This document shows, piece by piece, positions 47,287-60,392 of a stretch of 64,000 bases of DNA. The notes below the pieces were generated by a model, which had not been told where the DNA came from, made no database searches, and worked only from the letters and a program-made list of their open reading frames with translations. Origin of the DNA: the human T2T-CHM13v2.0 reference genome, Homo sapiens; the NCBI RefSeq assembly GCF_009914755.1, contig NC_060929.1; one strand, written 5' to 3'. Each line of letters begins with the position of its first letter. The stretch's first letter is position 1. A program made the translations under genes and the position numbers.

Positions 47287-48134
47287 GGGCGGATGTCCAC
47301 GCGAGGGACCCCCGCCGTGGGATGTCGCCGCAGGAGTGGGCCACTTACACGGGCCGCGTGGATGCCGTCCGTCTCATGCAGAGGCTGCTGGAGCGCCCCT
47401 GCCCGGAGCAGTTCTGGGAGAAGTACCGGCCCGAGCTGCCGCCGCCCCCTGAAGCGGCGCGGAAGCCCGCGGGCTCCAAGAACTGCCTGCAGAGGCTCAC
47501 AGACTGCGTGCTGTCCGTGCTGACGCCGCGCTCCGTGCGGGGCCCGGAGGACGGGGGCGTCCTGGACCACATGGTCCGGATGACCACGAGCCTCTACAGC
47601 CCCGCCGTGGCCATCGTGTGCCAGACCGTGTGCCCTGAGAGCCCTCCGAGCGTGGGGAAGAGGCGGCTGGCGGTGCAGGAGATCCTGGCGGCGCGGGCTG
47701 CACGGGGCCCCCAGGCGCAGGAGGAGGATGAGGTGGGGGGCGCGGGGCAGCGCGGGCGGACCGGACAGGAGGACGCGGACTCCCGGGAGGGCTCCCCGAG
47801 AGCCGGCCTCCCTCCCGCCCTGGGGTCCCGGGGCCCCGCAGCGCCCGCCCCGCGGAAGGCCAGCCTCCTGCCCCTGCAGCGCCTGCGGCGGAGAAGCGTG
47901 CGGCCCGGTGTGGTGGTGCCCCGGGTCCGAGTCAGCAAGGCGCCCGCGCCCACCTTCCAGCCCGAGCGGCCGGCGCGGAAGGGCAGCACCAAGGACAGCG
48001 GCCACCTGCAGATCCCCAAGTGGCGGTACAAGGAGGCCAAGGAGGAGAAGAGGAAGGCAGAGGAGGCCGAAAAGAAGCGCCAGGCCGAGGCGCAGAAGGA
48101 GAGGCGCACTGCGCCCTGGAAGAAGAGGACGTGA
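47287..48134 (+). CDS. ANKRD33B: ANKRD33B terminal coding exon (848 nt to TGA)
   Basis: gttttgcgttttgcAG acceptor. Translates (G)[23 protein letters not shown]... to ...TAPWKKRT*, completing the last ankyrin repeat and then a Pro/Arg-rich basic tail. Matches the recalled ANKRD33B protein. Confidence 0.93.
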
Positions 48135-48270
48135 GGGCCCGTGTGCCTGGCGCTGGGGCCGGGGCTGGGGCCGGGGCGGGGCCGCAGGGCTGGGCGCGGA
48201 GAAGGAGGCGGCCCCGTTGCGCATCGCACCACTTCCGCTCCATGGACCACGGGGCTGCGCGCATTTCCAG
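47290..48270. promoter_or_regulatory. CpG island over the last coding exon
   Basis: About 1 kb of very high GC with abundant CpG, against CpG-depleted flanks. GC-box (GGGGCGGGG) at about 48173. Confidence 0.8.
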
Positions 48271-51200
48271 GCTGTTTGTCCAGGCTGCTTCCAAGAGAGG
48301 GCTGAGGGAGCCACATGGATTCGCTTGTCGCCAGCCCTCCTAGCAATCAGTACACCTAGCGGGCACGTTGCCTAAAAGGCTCCCTTTAGAGAACCTCAAT
48401 TAAGATTTTTTTTAAAGATCAATTTATCAAAGGGCGTTTTCTCCGTAATTTTGTATTTTTAATCATTATTTATCAAATTTGCAACGTTTTACAAGTGATA
48501 GGGCCCCTTATATCCAAGGCAGTTTTAATACACTTGCCTGAAGACCTTTTGTTTAAGATACTGTTTCTAGCAATAAGTATCCATGATACCTGTATGAGTT
48601 CACACAGACATCATGGGATTCTCCCCTTTTTGGCTGTTTGGTCTTTTCTCCTCATCGTGGGTGTAGGTGCACACTGGATGTTCTTAGTCATTAGATTAAG
48701 TGTTGCCGGATATTTCTATTTGACGGAGGCATTGGCTCGTTGAGCCACATGATCAAGTGAGACAGAGGATCAGATGTTACTGTATCTTTTTAAAACTCTT
48801 ATCCATATAGTAATATATTGAGGAAAAACATATTGTCAAATTATAAAACAATGGAGCGATAAACATGTATTTATTGCTAGAATTAAACTCATTTTAAGCA
48901 AGGGGTTTTAGGTAAACTGGATACGAAATCTTTAACATTAAAAATAGATATGAGAAAAAAACTGTCATTCGATAAAATGAGGCAAATTTAATAATAAATG
49001 ATTACCAGAAATACAAAATTAAGCCATATGTGCTCTTAAGTAATTCGAATCCAGATATCCTTAAAATGTCAAAAAGATGCAACAAGAGTCAGGAGCCCAG
49101 AATGACGCAAATTACAGGAATGGGGAGGAGGTGATTTTTAGAAGAGGTGAGAGAATGGAATGGGGAACAGACTTGTTTTCGGCAAATTCTCCTGGAGTAG
49201 ACTGGGCAGCCCCCTCCTCCAGGCTCAGTTCCAAAGAGTCCGTTGTGTGGATATTTCTTTTATTTTTCCTTTGAGGACTGCGCTTGGTGTTTAGTTCATC
49301 CTTATGCCGACCTCTTAGAATTTCCAAGATGCAGGGCCTTGGGCAGGGCAGGGCATGGGTGTGATTTGCCTTGGGCCACAAGCTCTTGGTGAGAGTCTTA
49401 TGTCCACACTTTTATCTCCAAAGTGACATGGAGATCACTTTTCTCAGTGATCAAATTTGAATTTATCAAAGGGGGTTTTCTGCATAATTTTGTATTTGTA
49501 ATCATTATCAGATTTGCAGCATTCTAATTCGGCAGGGCAGGGTATGAAAGCTGGAAACTCAGGCTGGAGTTTCTAGTTCTAATGGCTCTCTGGCCATGTG
49601 GGTTGTAGAGTGTCTGTCACATATGCACTTTATTTCAGTATTAATTGAAATACTTGGACACGCACGATCACAGGCCTATTTGGAGGCTCTGTACTATGAC
49701 CCTAATAACCCTAGATACATCATGATACATGGTGTCTGTCTCAGGATGCAGGCAGGGCTGGTGCAGGCTTCTCCATACTCCCTTCCACTTGGCACCAGCA
49801 GGCATCGAGCAACCAGGGATCTTAAACTGGCCTCTCCAAATACTCCATTGAACAGGACTGCAGGCTGCACCCAGGCTAATGGGAGATTGGTGTGTTGATG
49901 ATACAGTGTTTAAGATGAGATTGCAGTGAGTTCCTCCTTAATCCCAGAAGGGCACCATGATGAATGCCACAGGAGACTGGACCCTCTTTGAGAACTGCAG
50001 ATATTAGTTGACTGTGGGTCACCCTCGTGGCCAAGGAGTTGGGATTGGCCATGTCTTCTTCGAGGAGGTGGAGACTGTAACTGACACTGGTTATCTTTGG
50101 GGTTGTCTTTCCTGAATCCTTTGGCATGTGGCACCTTCCTGCCACATGTAGATAATTCACGGCATTACCAAGTCACCACGAGCCCCACCCTCACCTCTGT
50201 CAACCGAGGACCCAGCCAGGCAGTGCCATGTGGTCTCCCAGGCACGCTTCTCAACACCGGCTACCCCTGCTGTGAAGGTTCTCAAGGCCCTGGTCCGGGG
50301 AGCCAAGCCCTGGGAGCGCCCTAAAGCTCCGCAGGTAACTGCACTGCAGCCCGCATTGAGAACCGCAGCTCTAACACAGTGATTGCGAGAGGACACCCAT
50401 TCTGAGCTCCCACAGAGGGCTCCACCTCCCCAAGAATGTCTCATTGTCATTGGAACAGCCAGGGTCAGGCAGCTTCTGCTCGGACTGACGTGGCGTCTGA
50501 CCCTTGGTGGGTTGCCAGACATTCCTGCCTGTTTCCACCATGGGAAGCTGTCACTGGGAATGGTATGGAGCCCTCACTTCTACCCCAAGCCTGGGTGTCT
50601 GCTGCCTCCATGTCAAAAATGGACATTTCTGGTCCTGCCCAGCTGCTACCTCACCACAACCCATGCTCAGAGTTGTCAGGGATGCGTGGAACAGCAATGA
50701 TGGGACAGCAAATGACTGGCAATTTCCCCAGGTCCCACGCTGTTCTGGAGTGGACGTGTTGCGGCCCTGCCCCCGATGTGTTCCAGCCTCATCCAGGTGC
50801 ACAGGATACTCTGGGGCCAGCACAGGGATTGTCCAGTGATGCTCCTGGTGTCCACAAAACAGCTCTAGAGATACCTGCATTTTGAAAAGCCTGCTGAGCC
50901 AACAAGCTTGGGGCAGGACACGGATTTCTTTGGCAAATCTGCAGGCGAGCTGACCACTTGCCTGGTGAGTGGAAGCTGCCATTACCTGGCCAGTGTTTGC
51001 AACTCGAGGGAAAATGACAGCTGCATGGGGGGAAGCCTGACCTCCCGGGGAGCTTTATTGTGGCCTCAGTGGAAAGATTGGATTTTGAAACCTGCCAGAC
51101 CCAACTGAAAGAAGGGTCATTCCTGATTGAGTTGGAGACTCTCCCCAGTCCCTCTCTCTGGACTCATTCTAGCTGTGGCCTGCCTGTGGACAGCCCTTCC

Positions 51201-54200
51201 CTTTGGCCCATGCGGCGGGTCCAGGCAGCTCCTGCAGCTGTGCTCATGGCTGCTGGCCCAGAACTTCTCATTTTTGCCATGTGGAAGCAGATTTGCTAGT
51301 AGAGGAATTTTCCAAGTCAAGGGAAGTGTTGCCAAACCTCTTGCCTCGACCTGTGGGGGGCCTTCTGCTCTTGTTTTCTCATTCTCTTTGGAGTGGGCAC
51401 AGAGGGGACAAGTCGGCCCCCAGTGAGGCTCAGGGAGTGCAGGAGACCAGGGAGGGAAGCCCAGATGATGGGGAAACAGAGCCACCTTGAGGGGGTGTCA
51501 TGGGGTCAGTGTCAGGGTGATCTGACGGGTCAGTTCATACTTAAGCAACATTATTCTGTTCGTTTCTTTTGGGTAAGGAATTCCTCATGGGAGGTGTGGT
51601 CATCTGGTCGTAGAGGTGGACAGAAACACCCCCTCGTCTTCCTGAGCCATTTGGAAGCCCTTTCCTCTAGCCCTAGGTACTGGTGACACAGGCCCCTCGG
51701 TCTCAGGATGTGGACAGGGCTGGGAGGTGCAGGCTTCTTGTCCCATCCCCACTCAGTATCATCGGGTATCTGGTAGTCAGGGGTCTCACAGTGGCCTCTC
51801 CAAAAGCCTGGTGTCCTTGGAGAACATTTTTCATTTTGTCTGTTTTCGTTGCTTTGAACAGCTGCATTCACTCACCGAGGGCTCGCCCTCCCTGGATCTG
51901 CCATGTGGTTCAGGGAGGAGGGGACCGATGAGCACCGACCCCTTCTCTTCACCTGTCAGTGGCCACCACAGTGCCCCCTCTGGCTTTGCCACCACGTTCT
52001 CCTGCCCCCGTCACCTTGTCTCTTCTAACTCATTAGCCTTTCCTTCCTTTGTCTGTTTTCTTCTCCCAGCTGGTTTAAGTTCTTGATCATCCCTGGCACC
52101 ACCTACCCTAAGGTCTTCCAAGAACAGAAAAGCCAGGGCCTGTGTGGGGCAATGTGTTGTCCCTGTCGGGTTATGGTGGGACCTCCTAGACCCCAGAGTG
52201 AATGAATGGCAGGCCTGCCAGTGACTGTGCTGATGGCTTAGAATTCCTACACGGCTGTGCCTCTCCCACCCCGTCCTCTTTGCTCGGAAGGGAGACCTGG
52301 TTTGCTCTCCTCCATGACAGCCCAGCCCCTGCTGTGCACAGGGGTGGGGCTCGGGATCCCTCCCTGCACCCTGATGTTTATTAACTGTAGATAGTGAATT
52401 TCAAGTTGACAGGTACCTTCTCAGGGATTTATATATAAATATAGTTAGAGGAAAAGTTGAAGTCTATTTTACTACTTTTTAGTGTTTGAGTAAATTATGC
52501 TTTAACTGGACAGAAGAAATATTTCTCAGACAATGTCGATGCTGCTGATGACAACTGAGATGCCTGGAGCTCACCCTTGATGGAGACTTCCTTGGTGATT
52601 GGAGATGGGGGACTCTGGTGGCAGAAATGGCTTTGGGGTAGGTGTGAAGTTGCTTCAGTCCCTCTGAGTTGCCTCTTCTGGATGGAACGTGTGTATCAAC
52701 AACAATGAAATGCACCTCCGTGTGCATGGAGGCGGCTGATGAGAATACAGATAGGCCAGTCCTCGCTCTTCCCTCCAGAACCGGCCGCTCCCGGTCTGAC
52801 GTTGGAGCACGTGAACTAAGAGTGACAATTTTTTCTACTTGCTTCTGTGAATAAAGTGTTCTACAGTCAGCCCAGCACTAAACTCACCAGAAAAGAGGAG
52901 GGAACAGCACGGAGCCATTCATCTGGAATTACTCGATGTGCAGAGGCTGCCCCTTGGCCGCACTTGGGAACATCGTGGACATCTTCCTTCCTCTCAGGCT
53001 CCTCCTGACAGACTCCTGGCAGCACTGGAGACCTCAGGACTATGGAGATCAGAATTGTAATGGCTTTGTCATCTCAGTGTGGCCACTCCTGAGGCAAGAG
53101 GCTCCTCCTGGGAGCAGGAGAGAGAGAGTTTGTGATGTTGGTTGGAAAATAGGATTTATGGATGCAGGAGGGCCGTGCTAGGCCCCTCTGCCCGCTTCTC
53201 TCCCTGCTGTTGGCGGTGACCAGGTCTCAGGAGCGGAGACGAGGCTGTTGTGAGTGAAACAGAAGCCCCTGGCATAGGGCCAGACCCTAGGCCTGAAAAG
53301 GATGCAAAGCCTGCTGTTTTCAGGCTGTTGGGAAGAATCGTGCGTACCGAGTGATTATGATGAAACGTATCCCAGAGAGGAAATGAATGGGACCTGAAAA
53401 GTGGGTCTGCCACATCCCTGGTAGCCCGCCTCCAAGAGCACTACACTCCCCCCAGCCCCACCGGCCACACTACATGACGTGGGAAGGCTGTCCGTTCATC
53501 CTTACCCTGGGGACTCAAGTGTGCTCTGCGGAGTGAGTCACAGCCCTGATGTGCACCCTGCACTACTCTTTCCCCAGGTGCGCCGGAGACGCAGGCTTGC
53601 TCATTTCCGTCCTGACACAGCTCGCTGTTCCTGCGGTGGTCAGAGTCCCCCTGTGCTGTGTCAGCTCCTGGACACTACTAGTCTTTCACATGATAAAGCG
53701 CGAGCACTTTTTCGCTTTTGCAGTATTTGGGGAAATTCTAACACATTTCCCGGGGATTTGCCCAGGTCCCTCCACCTCCCACGGTGGGTAACTGTGTGGA
53801 TTCTGCACCTGGCAATCGGCGCTCCCCTTTGGAAACACCTGGGGGCCCTGTTTCTTCCAGCCTGGTCCTTGGTTTCTACCCCAGCCGCTTTCAGCCGGCA
53901 CCTGCATGGGACTGCCTGGAGGGCCACGGTCCAGGGAAGGACAGGTGGGACCCTGACCATGACAGATCTTTCTAAAACAATAAAGTCCCATTGATGACAA
54001 CTGCAGTGGGATGAATGCCATTGCAGCGGTCATGCTGGGAGCTGCCGAGAGCTTACAACAAAAGCAGTTCCTCTCAAGACACTGCTTGCATCTTCCCTCC
54101 ACGCCTCTCGGTGCATTTGGAACTTGTTTATGCGCTGGTATAACTCGAGTCAGCTGCTTATTTCTGTGCCCTTGCACTCACAGGTTCCTTCATTAACATT

Positions 54201-55890
54201 TTAAATAAGTGGCTAAAAAAACTCCTCTGGAGGTTGTTTTTGAAAGAGACAGGAAAAAGAAACACACAGTACCTGGATTGTTTTGACTTATTTTCAAGCG
54301 ACTCAGCTGAAAGCCGGTGTTGCATACACAATTTCCTCACGCTGACCCAGCCTGACTAAGACTTGATAAAAGGCACAGCCCTTGGCAGCAGGCAGTGCCA
54401 ATGTGGACAGTGTACACTAAGCTGTGAGTGTGTGCACGGGCGAGCACATGTATGTGTACTCATACATCCAGATGAACTAAAGGGACACTGGGCTTTGTGC
54501 TGGCAAAGGTTACGATGCTGCTGTAGCTTGGCTGTGGGCCCCAGGCAGTGTCAGATGGAACCTGCTTTGATGGCGTGTTGTTCAGTGTACTCAGTGGGGT
54601 CTCACATGGCCCGAGGACCCACTGTGAGCACTCCGCCCGCTGTGGCACAGAACACGGCTGGGGTCATCACAGCCCAGGTCTTTATTGAAAGGCGGCTCAT
54701 ATAGAACCCATTTGGCCAGGTCTGGGCCATCTCTCTGCCTCTGCCCTATCTTGGCTGCCTGGAGGGGCCCAGGCCCAAGAGGATTCTTTACCCCTGGAAG
54801 AGCTCCCCAGGCATTCAGCCTATGGCCCTTGACATTTGGCTGCAGGTTACCGTCAGAATCAACACCATATCCTGAGGAAGCCCTGGTATTTCCCCAAGTC
54901 TGCCTATGTATTAGACACTCTAATCAATGCTAACACAGTTCAGTTTTTGAGGGAACTAGTTTTGTCATAATACTACACCCCTCTATTGTTTTTAAATAAG
55001 AAAAAAAAAAACCCCACGAAACTTTCCATCAAAGCAATGGTCCGTGTTGGCCTGATGCTTTAAGAAGTTTGAGGAGGTAGGTATGGAGGCACCTTAACAC
55101 CAGTTTTTGAGCAGAAGTTCTAGAAGCTGATTTAGAACTACACAGCTATGGATACACCTGATGAAAACCGCAAAAGGCGATGACAGGCCCAGAAATATGA
55201 CCAGCAAGCCCGTGAGCCTTTGGGGCATCCGACTGAATTTGAAAATAATACCCCATTCAGATGAACATTAAAAGCCAATGTACTGGAATTCTCTTTGTTC
55301 TGCCCGACATTTGGGGGTGTCCAAGGACCTGTGTTTTTAACAAAGATGACTTTATGACCGTTCTAAGGATTGAACAGATTCCTGCACAGGGTGCCAGGTT
55401 TCAAGTTAGGTCCTCTTAGTATAAGCTCTCTTTTTTTCTGAATGTAAACCTATTTGCATTGTCATTTCTAATAATCCAGTAGGTTTCTGGATATTGTAAA
55501 GATACTGAGTACAGATATAACTGTGTAAATTTCATAGTGTTTTATTTTGAGGTGAGAGTTTTGTTATAGTTTATAAAAGATATTTTCCTATTCAGACCTC
55601 AGGGCTATTTTGGGACCTACAAATAAATGTGATTCCCAGCAGCTTCAATTTTTGATATTCAAAAAGTTAATAATCTTTAAGCTAAATATAATGTGATATG
55701 ATTCAGAAAAAAATGTTTTTCCCTTTTAACTTCTAACAAATTATGTATCTAATGTTTAAAAAATATGGAAAAAAGGGATAATGTAAAAATGTGGGAGAAT
55801 TGTGGCTAAAGAATAAAAAATCACTTGTTAAAACGCATTCTTATGGTACAAATGTGTGATATTTAAATAAACTTAAGTGTGTATAAATTA
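48135..55890 (+). other. ANKRD33B: Long ANKRD33B 3' UTR (end approximate)
   Basis: Follows the stop codon. Alu-free and mostly unique sequence, ending in an AT-rich block with AATAAA at 55622, 55812 and 55866 before L1-like repeats resume at about 56.2 kb. The end point is inferred. Confidence 0.6.
55812..55871 (+). terminator. Candidate distal polyadenylation signals
   Basis: AATAAA at 55812-55817 and 55866-55871 in AT-rich context. Other AATAAA hexamers at 48993, 52850, 53979 and 55622. Confidence 0.5.
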
Positions 55891-56249
55891 GAGAATGATA
55901 CAGTGAAATATACCAGGATTTTTCATGTCACTTCTTTTCATTGAAATAGACGTTCACTTTCTTATCGTGACAAACTTTCACCTTATTTTTCAAAGGTAAG
56001 ATTTAAAAATTGTGAGTTCCCCACAAATAGTTTGTCACATGTTCAGATGATCTCATTACAATCTGCCTCTTCTCAGAAGAACCCACTGGCAGGTGGGCAT
56101 CCTTCAGGGATGTTGCCATGAATTTATGTACATACATAAAAACAAGAATATAATTCAGTTTCTATGTGTTCTTTTACCTAAATGGTACACTGTACAGGTT
56201 GTCCATTAGTTTCTTTTCTTTACTTAAAATATGTCCCTAGAGAGCTTTT

Positions 56250-57560
<1,311 letters not shown>

Positions 57561-59402
57561 CCTATAGGTACTTTGCTTTTTTCCTTTTAGCTGAAAGACA
57601 TGTACCTGTATACACAACTCGTTTAGGTTATATTTGATGGGACTGAAAACAACCAGCCCCTATTTATTTGGGAAGCTCCATTTCGAACGTAGGAAATCGG
57701 AAGTCTCAATCATTAAATACCATAATCTATGTGATTATTAAGGAAGAGTCTAAGTAGGGAATAAAATTTTACATATGAACCTTTGTCCTAGGGCAAGATT
57801 GTTATTGGAGATTATTTGTGCTCATTTGTGAAAGAGCCAATAATGTGTGTGTGTTGGGTGAAACATGATTGAATAGGAAGGTCACACACAAGGGAGGATC
57901 CCCATAGGAAATCCAAAGAACTGGGACGGGAAAAGGGAAATGGGGTTGGGGAGGGTTGGGAGAAAGGTGATCTTGTCTCCTTCATCTTCCTGACTGGAGA
58001 TACTGGGGGAACGGTGTACTAAGTTCTTTCCCGTGGAAGATGAGAGCATCTTCCCAGGGAGCTGGCCCAGTCCAGCTGCCTCGCGGCTGTGTCTGCCCAC
58101 GCTGGGCTGAAGTGGTCAAGAACGTCCGCTGAGGATTTTACACATAGCCCCTTGTGATCCTCCTTCACCAAGGCCCTTTACATGGTCTTTGCTCCCAGCA
58201 GGTCATGCCTGCCATTTTCCTTGATGATGTCCAGGCTGGTTTCCATCCAGGGACATGAAAGGTGGCCCCAAAGCTTCCAGTCTGATGACAACTTTGATGT
58301 GCAAATTGCTCAGGCAGAAATTGTCAGCTTGCCAGCCAGGGGCTTCCCAGTCCTGAGGGGTCACTGATCCCTCAGCAGTGTGGCCTGGGCAGGGGTGGGG
58401 AAGGGGTGACAGCCCCCGGGCAGGACGGCCACCACCGCCATCCCCCTCACATCACCTGTACTTCCAGCCTTATGCTGCCTAAGCCCTTTACTGCTTTCCC
58501 TTAAAAAGCCAACAGAAACCTAGCAAAAGGTTAATAGGTTCTTTTGGCTAAAAATAATTAAAATACATCAATCCAACTCAAAAGCACCTTGATATTCCAA
58601 AAGCAGTATTTTAAAAACCAATCAAGAAATTGGTCAGCTGCAAGGAAAATACTTCACCTTTTTATTAGCTCTTATGTAAGAAAGAAGCCTTATTCATCCC
58701 TACAGCCTAGGTGAGAAGCTAGACTAGGAGGCCCCTCTCTAGGCCAAGGGAGACAGGAGGGTTCAGGTGCACGGACTGTGCGGGGAAGCCGGTACCCTGT
58801 ACTGAAAAAGCTGTGGAATGTCCTCACTCCCAGTGCAAGGGGGTACTTGGGGAAGCCACCCTCCAGCCTGGGCTAAAGATGGCCAGTCTGTGTCCTGCAA
58901 AAAGGGCCTGCCTTGGTGTCAGCCCTGGGCACCCCAATGCCCCTTCACCCCTTGTCGGGGGCCCTGACCTGCTTATAGGCCAGGGTGATCATTTGAAGGG
59001 ATGACAAGTCCTGCCTCGCCAAGCCCCATCTGAAAGGGCCTCCCAGGTGCACATGAGCGTCTCCTGGCTTGATTTAAGCCCACAATGTCTGTTGGAGCAT
59101 GAGAGGTGGCAGGTAGGGGTGGTTGAGCCACCGCCACCTGCGCTTCCTCCCCCTGCTTTGCAGGTGCTGCCCCTGAGTGTCTCCTCTGCGTGCTCAGCCC
59201 CAGGCTGTGTTCCTCTAACTCTACACGCTGGTCCTCATCGTGGACTCAGGGCCAGGTGGCCCTTGAGACATTGCGGCAACTCTCATCTTCTCAGTGATGA
59301 ACCGCATTTACCTGCACCATGGCTCTCCATGGGCGGTCCCCGGACCAGTAACATCAGCACCACCTGGAAAATTGTCAGAAATGCAGGTTCTCCAGCCCCA
59401 CC

Positions 59403-59864
59403 TGTATGCCTTTCTTCGAGTTGCCTTAGCCAATTACCGCAAATGTGGATAGCTGGAAACAAATGTATTCTCTCAAAGCTTTGGAGGCCAGAAGTTCAAG
59501 GTCACGCGATGTTGTCAGGGCTGCGCGCCCCATGAAGGCTCTGCGGGAATTCCCTCGCACCTCCTCCAGCCTGTGGCGGCTGCTGGCGACGCTTGGTATT
59601 CCTTGGAGAGGGCCTCCTTGTGGAGAGGGTCTCCAGTCTCTGTCTCTGTCATCACGAGGCCATTGTCTATGTGTGTGTGTCCAAATGTTCCTCTTCCTAT
59701 AAGACCACGAGCCATTGGCTCATCGCTACCCTCATCCAGTGCAACCTCATCCTAACTTGCTTGTATGGACAGAGACCCTATTTCCAAATAAGGTCACATT
59801 CACAGGGACATGGGTTAGAACTTGAACATATTTTGCAGGGGACACAAACCCACACCACTACCAC
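59403..59864 (-). mobile_element. MaLR LTR (MLT1B/C-like), preceded by a MER5A-like piece at about 59325-59402
   Basis: ttggaggccagaagttcaagg...agaccctatttccaaataaggtcacattcacagg. Confidence 0.75.
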
Positions 59865-60251
59865 AGACTATTGAATAAGGATGTTGAGAGCCTGGGAGGG
59901 CCCTCATCCCACCACCCCGGCCAGCTGCAAATCTGATGGTAACTTCTCCATCTGCGTGAGGGAGAGATTTCCACCCTGGGGCATCGGGTTGGCTGCGCAC
60001 CCAACACCTGACACTGGACACACTGTCAACAGTGGTGTATTCACCACATGCACTCACAGCCCAGGAGGAGGCCACTGCCTGCCACACAGACCACAGGGGG
60101 AACAGTGTGAACAACCAGGACCTGGGAGAGGCAGGCTCCGTGGTATCGAGAAGATGGGGTGCCCCCACTCCGTCTCCATAGGAAGATACAATCGGCTCGT
60201 TAGGAACATTGCAGGGGCTGGTGGGCCATGGAAGCCGCTCTGCAGGGGTAG

Positions 60252-60392
60252 CAGGACTGCGTCTGGTCCAGAGACAGGAGGGCAAGTTGGTTGGGGGCCG
60301 TATCCATGGCAGCAGAGCAGGACAGGGCTGCATCTGGTCCTGCAACAGGAGGGCAGGTTGGCTGGGGGCCGTATCCACGGCAGCAGAGCAGG
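60252..60392. repeat. 71-bp tandem duplication (2 copies)
   Basis: cagg(a/g)ctgc(g/a)tctggtcc...acaggagggca(a/g)gttgg(t/c)tgggggccgtatcca(t/c)ggcagcagagcagg, twice. Confidence 0.92.

Noticed and set aside
48132-48140. Stop-codon readthrough or selenocysteine recoding at the TGA
   Set aside because: The context is TGA-GGG rather than TGA-CTAG, and I found no convincing SECIS element in the UTR.
47151-48346. Long antisense ORFs (387 aa and 250 aa) and a shifted 215-aa sense ORF over the last exon
   Set aside because: Expected shadows of a very GC-rich, stop-poor coding exon. They have non-ATG starts, low-complexity products and no recognisable domain.
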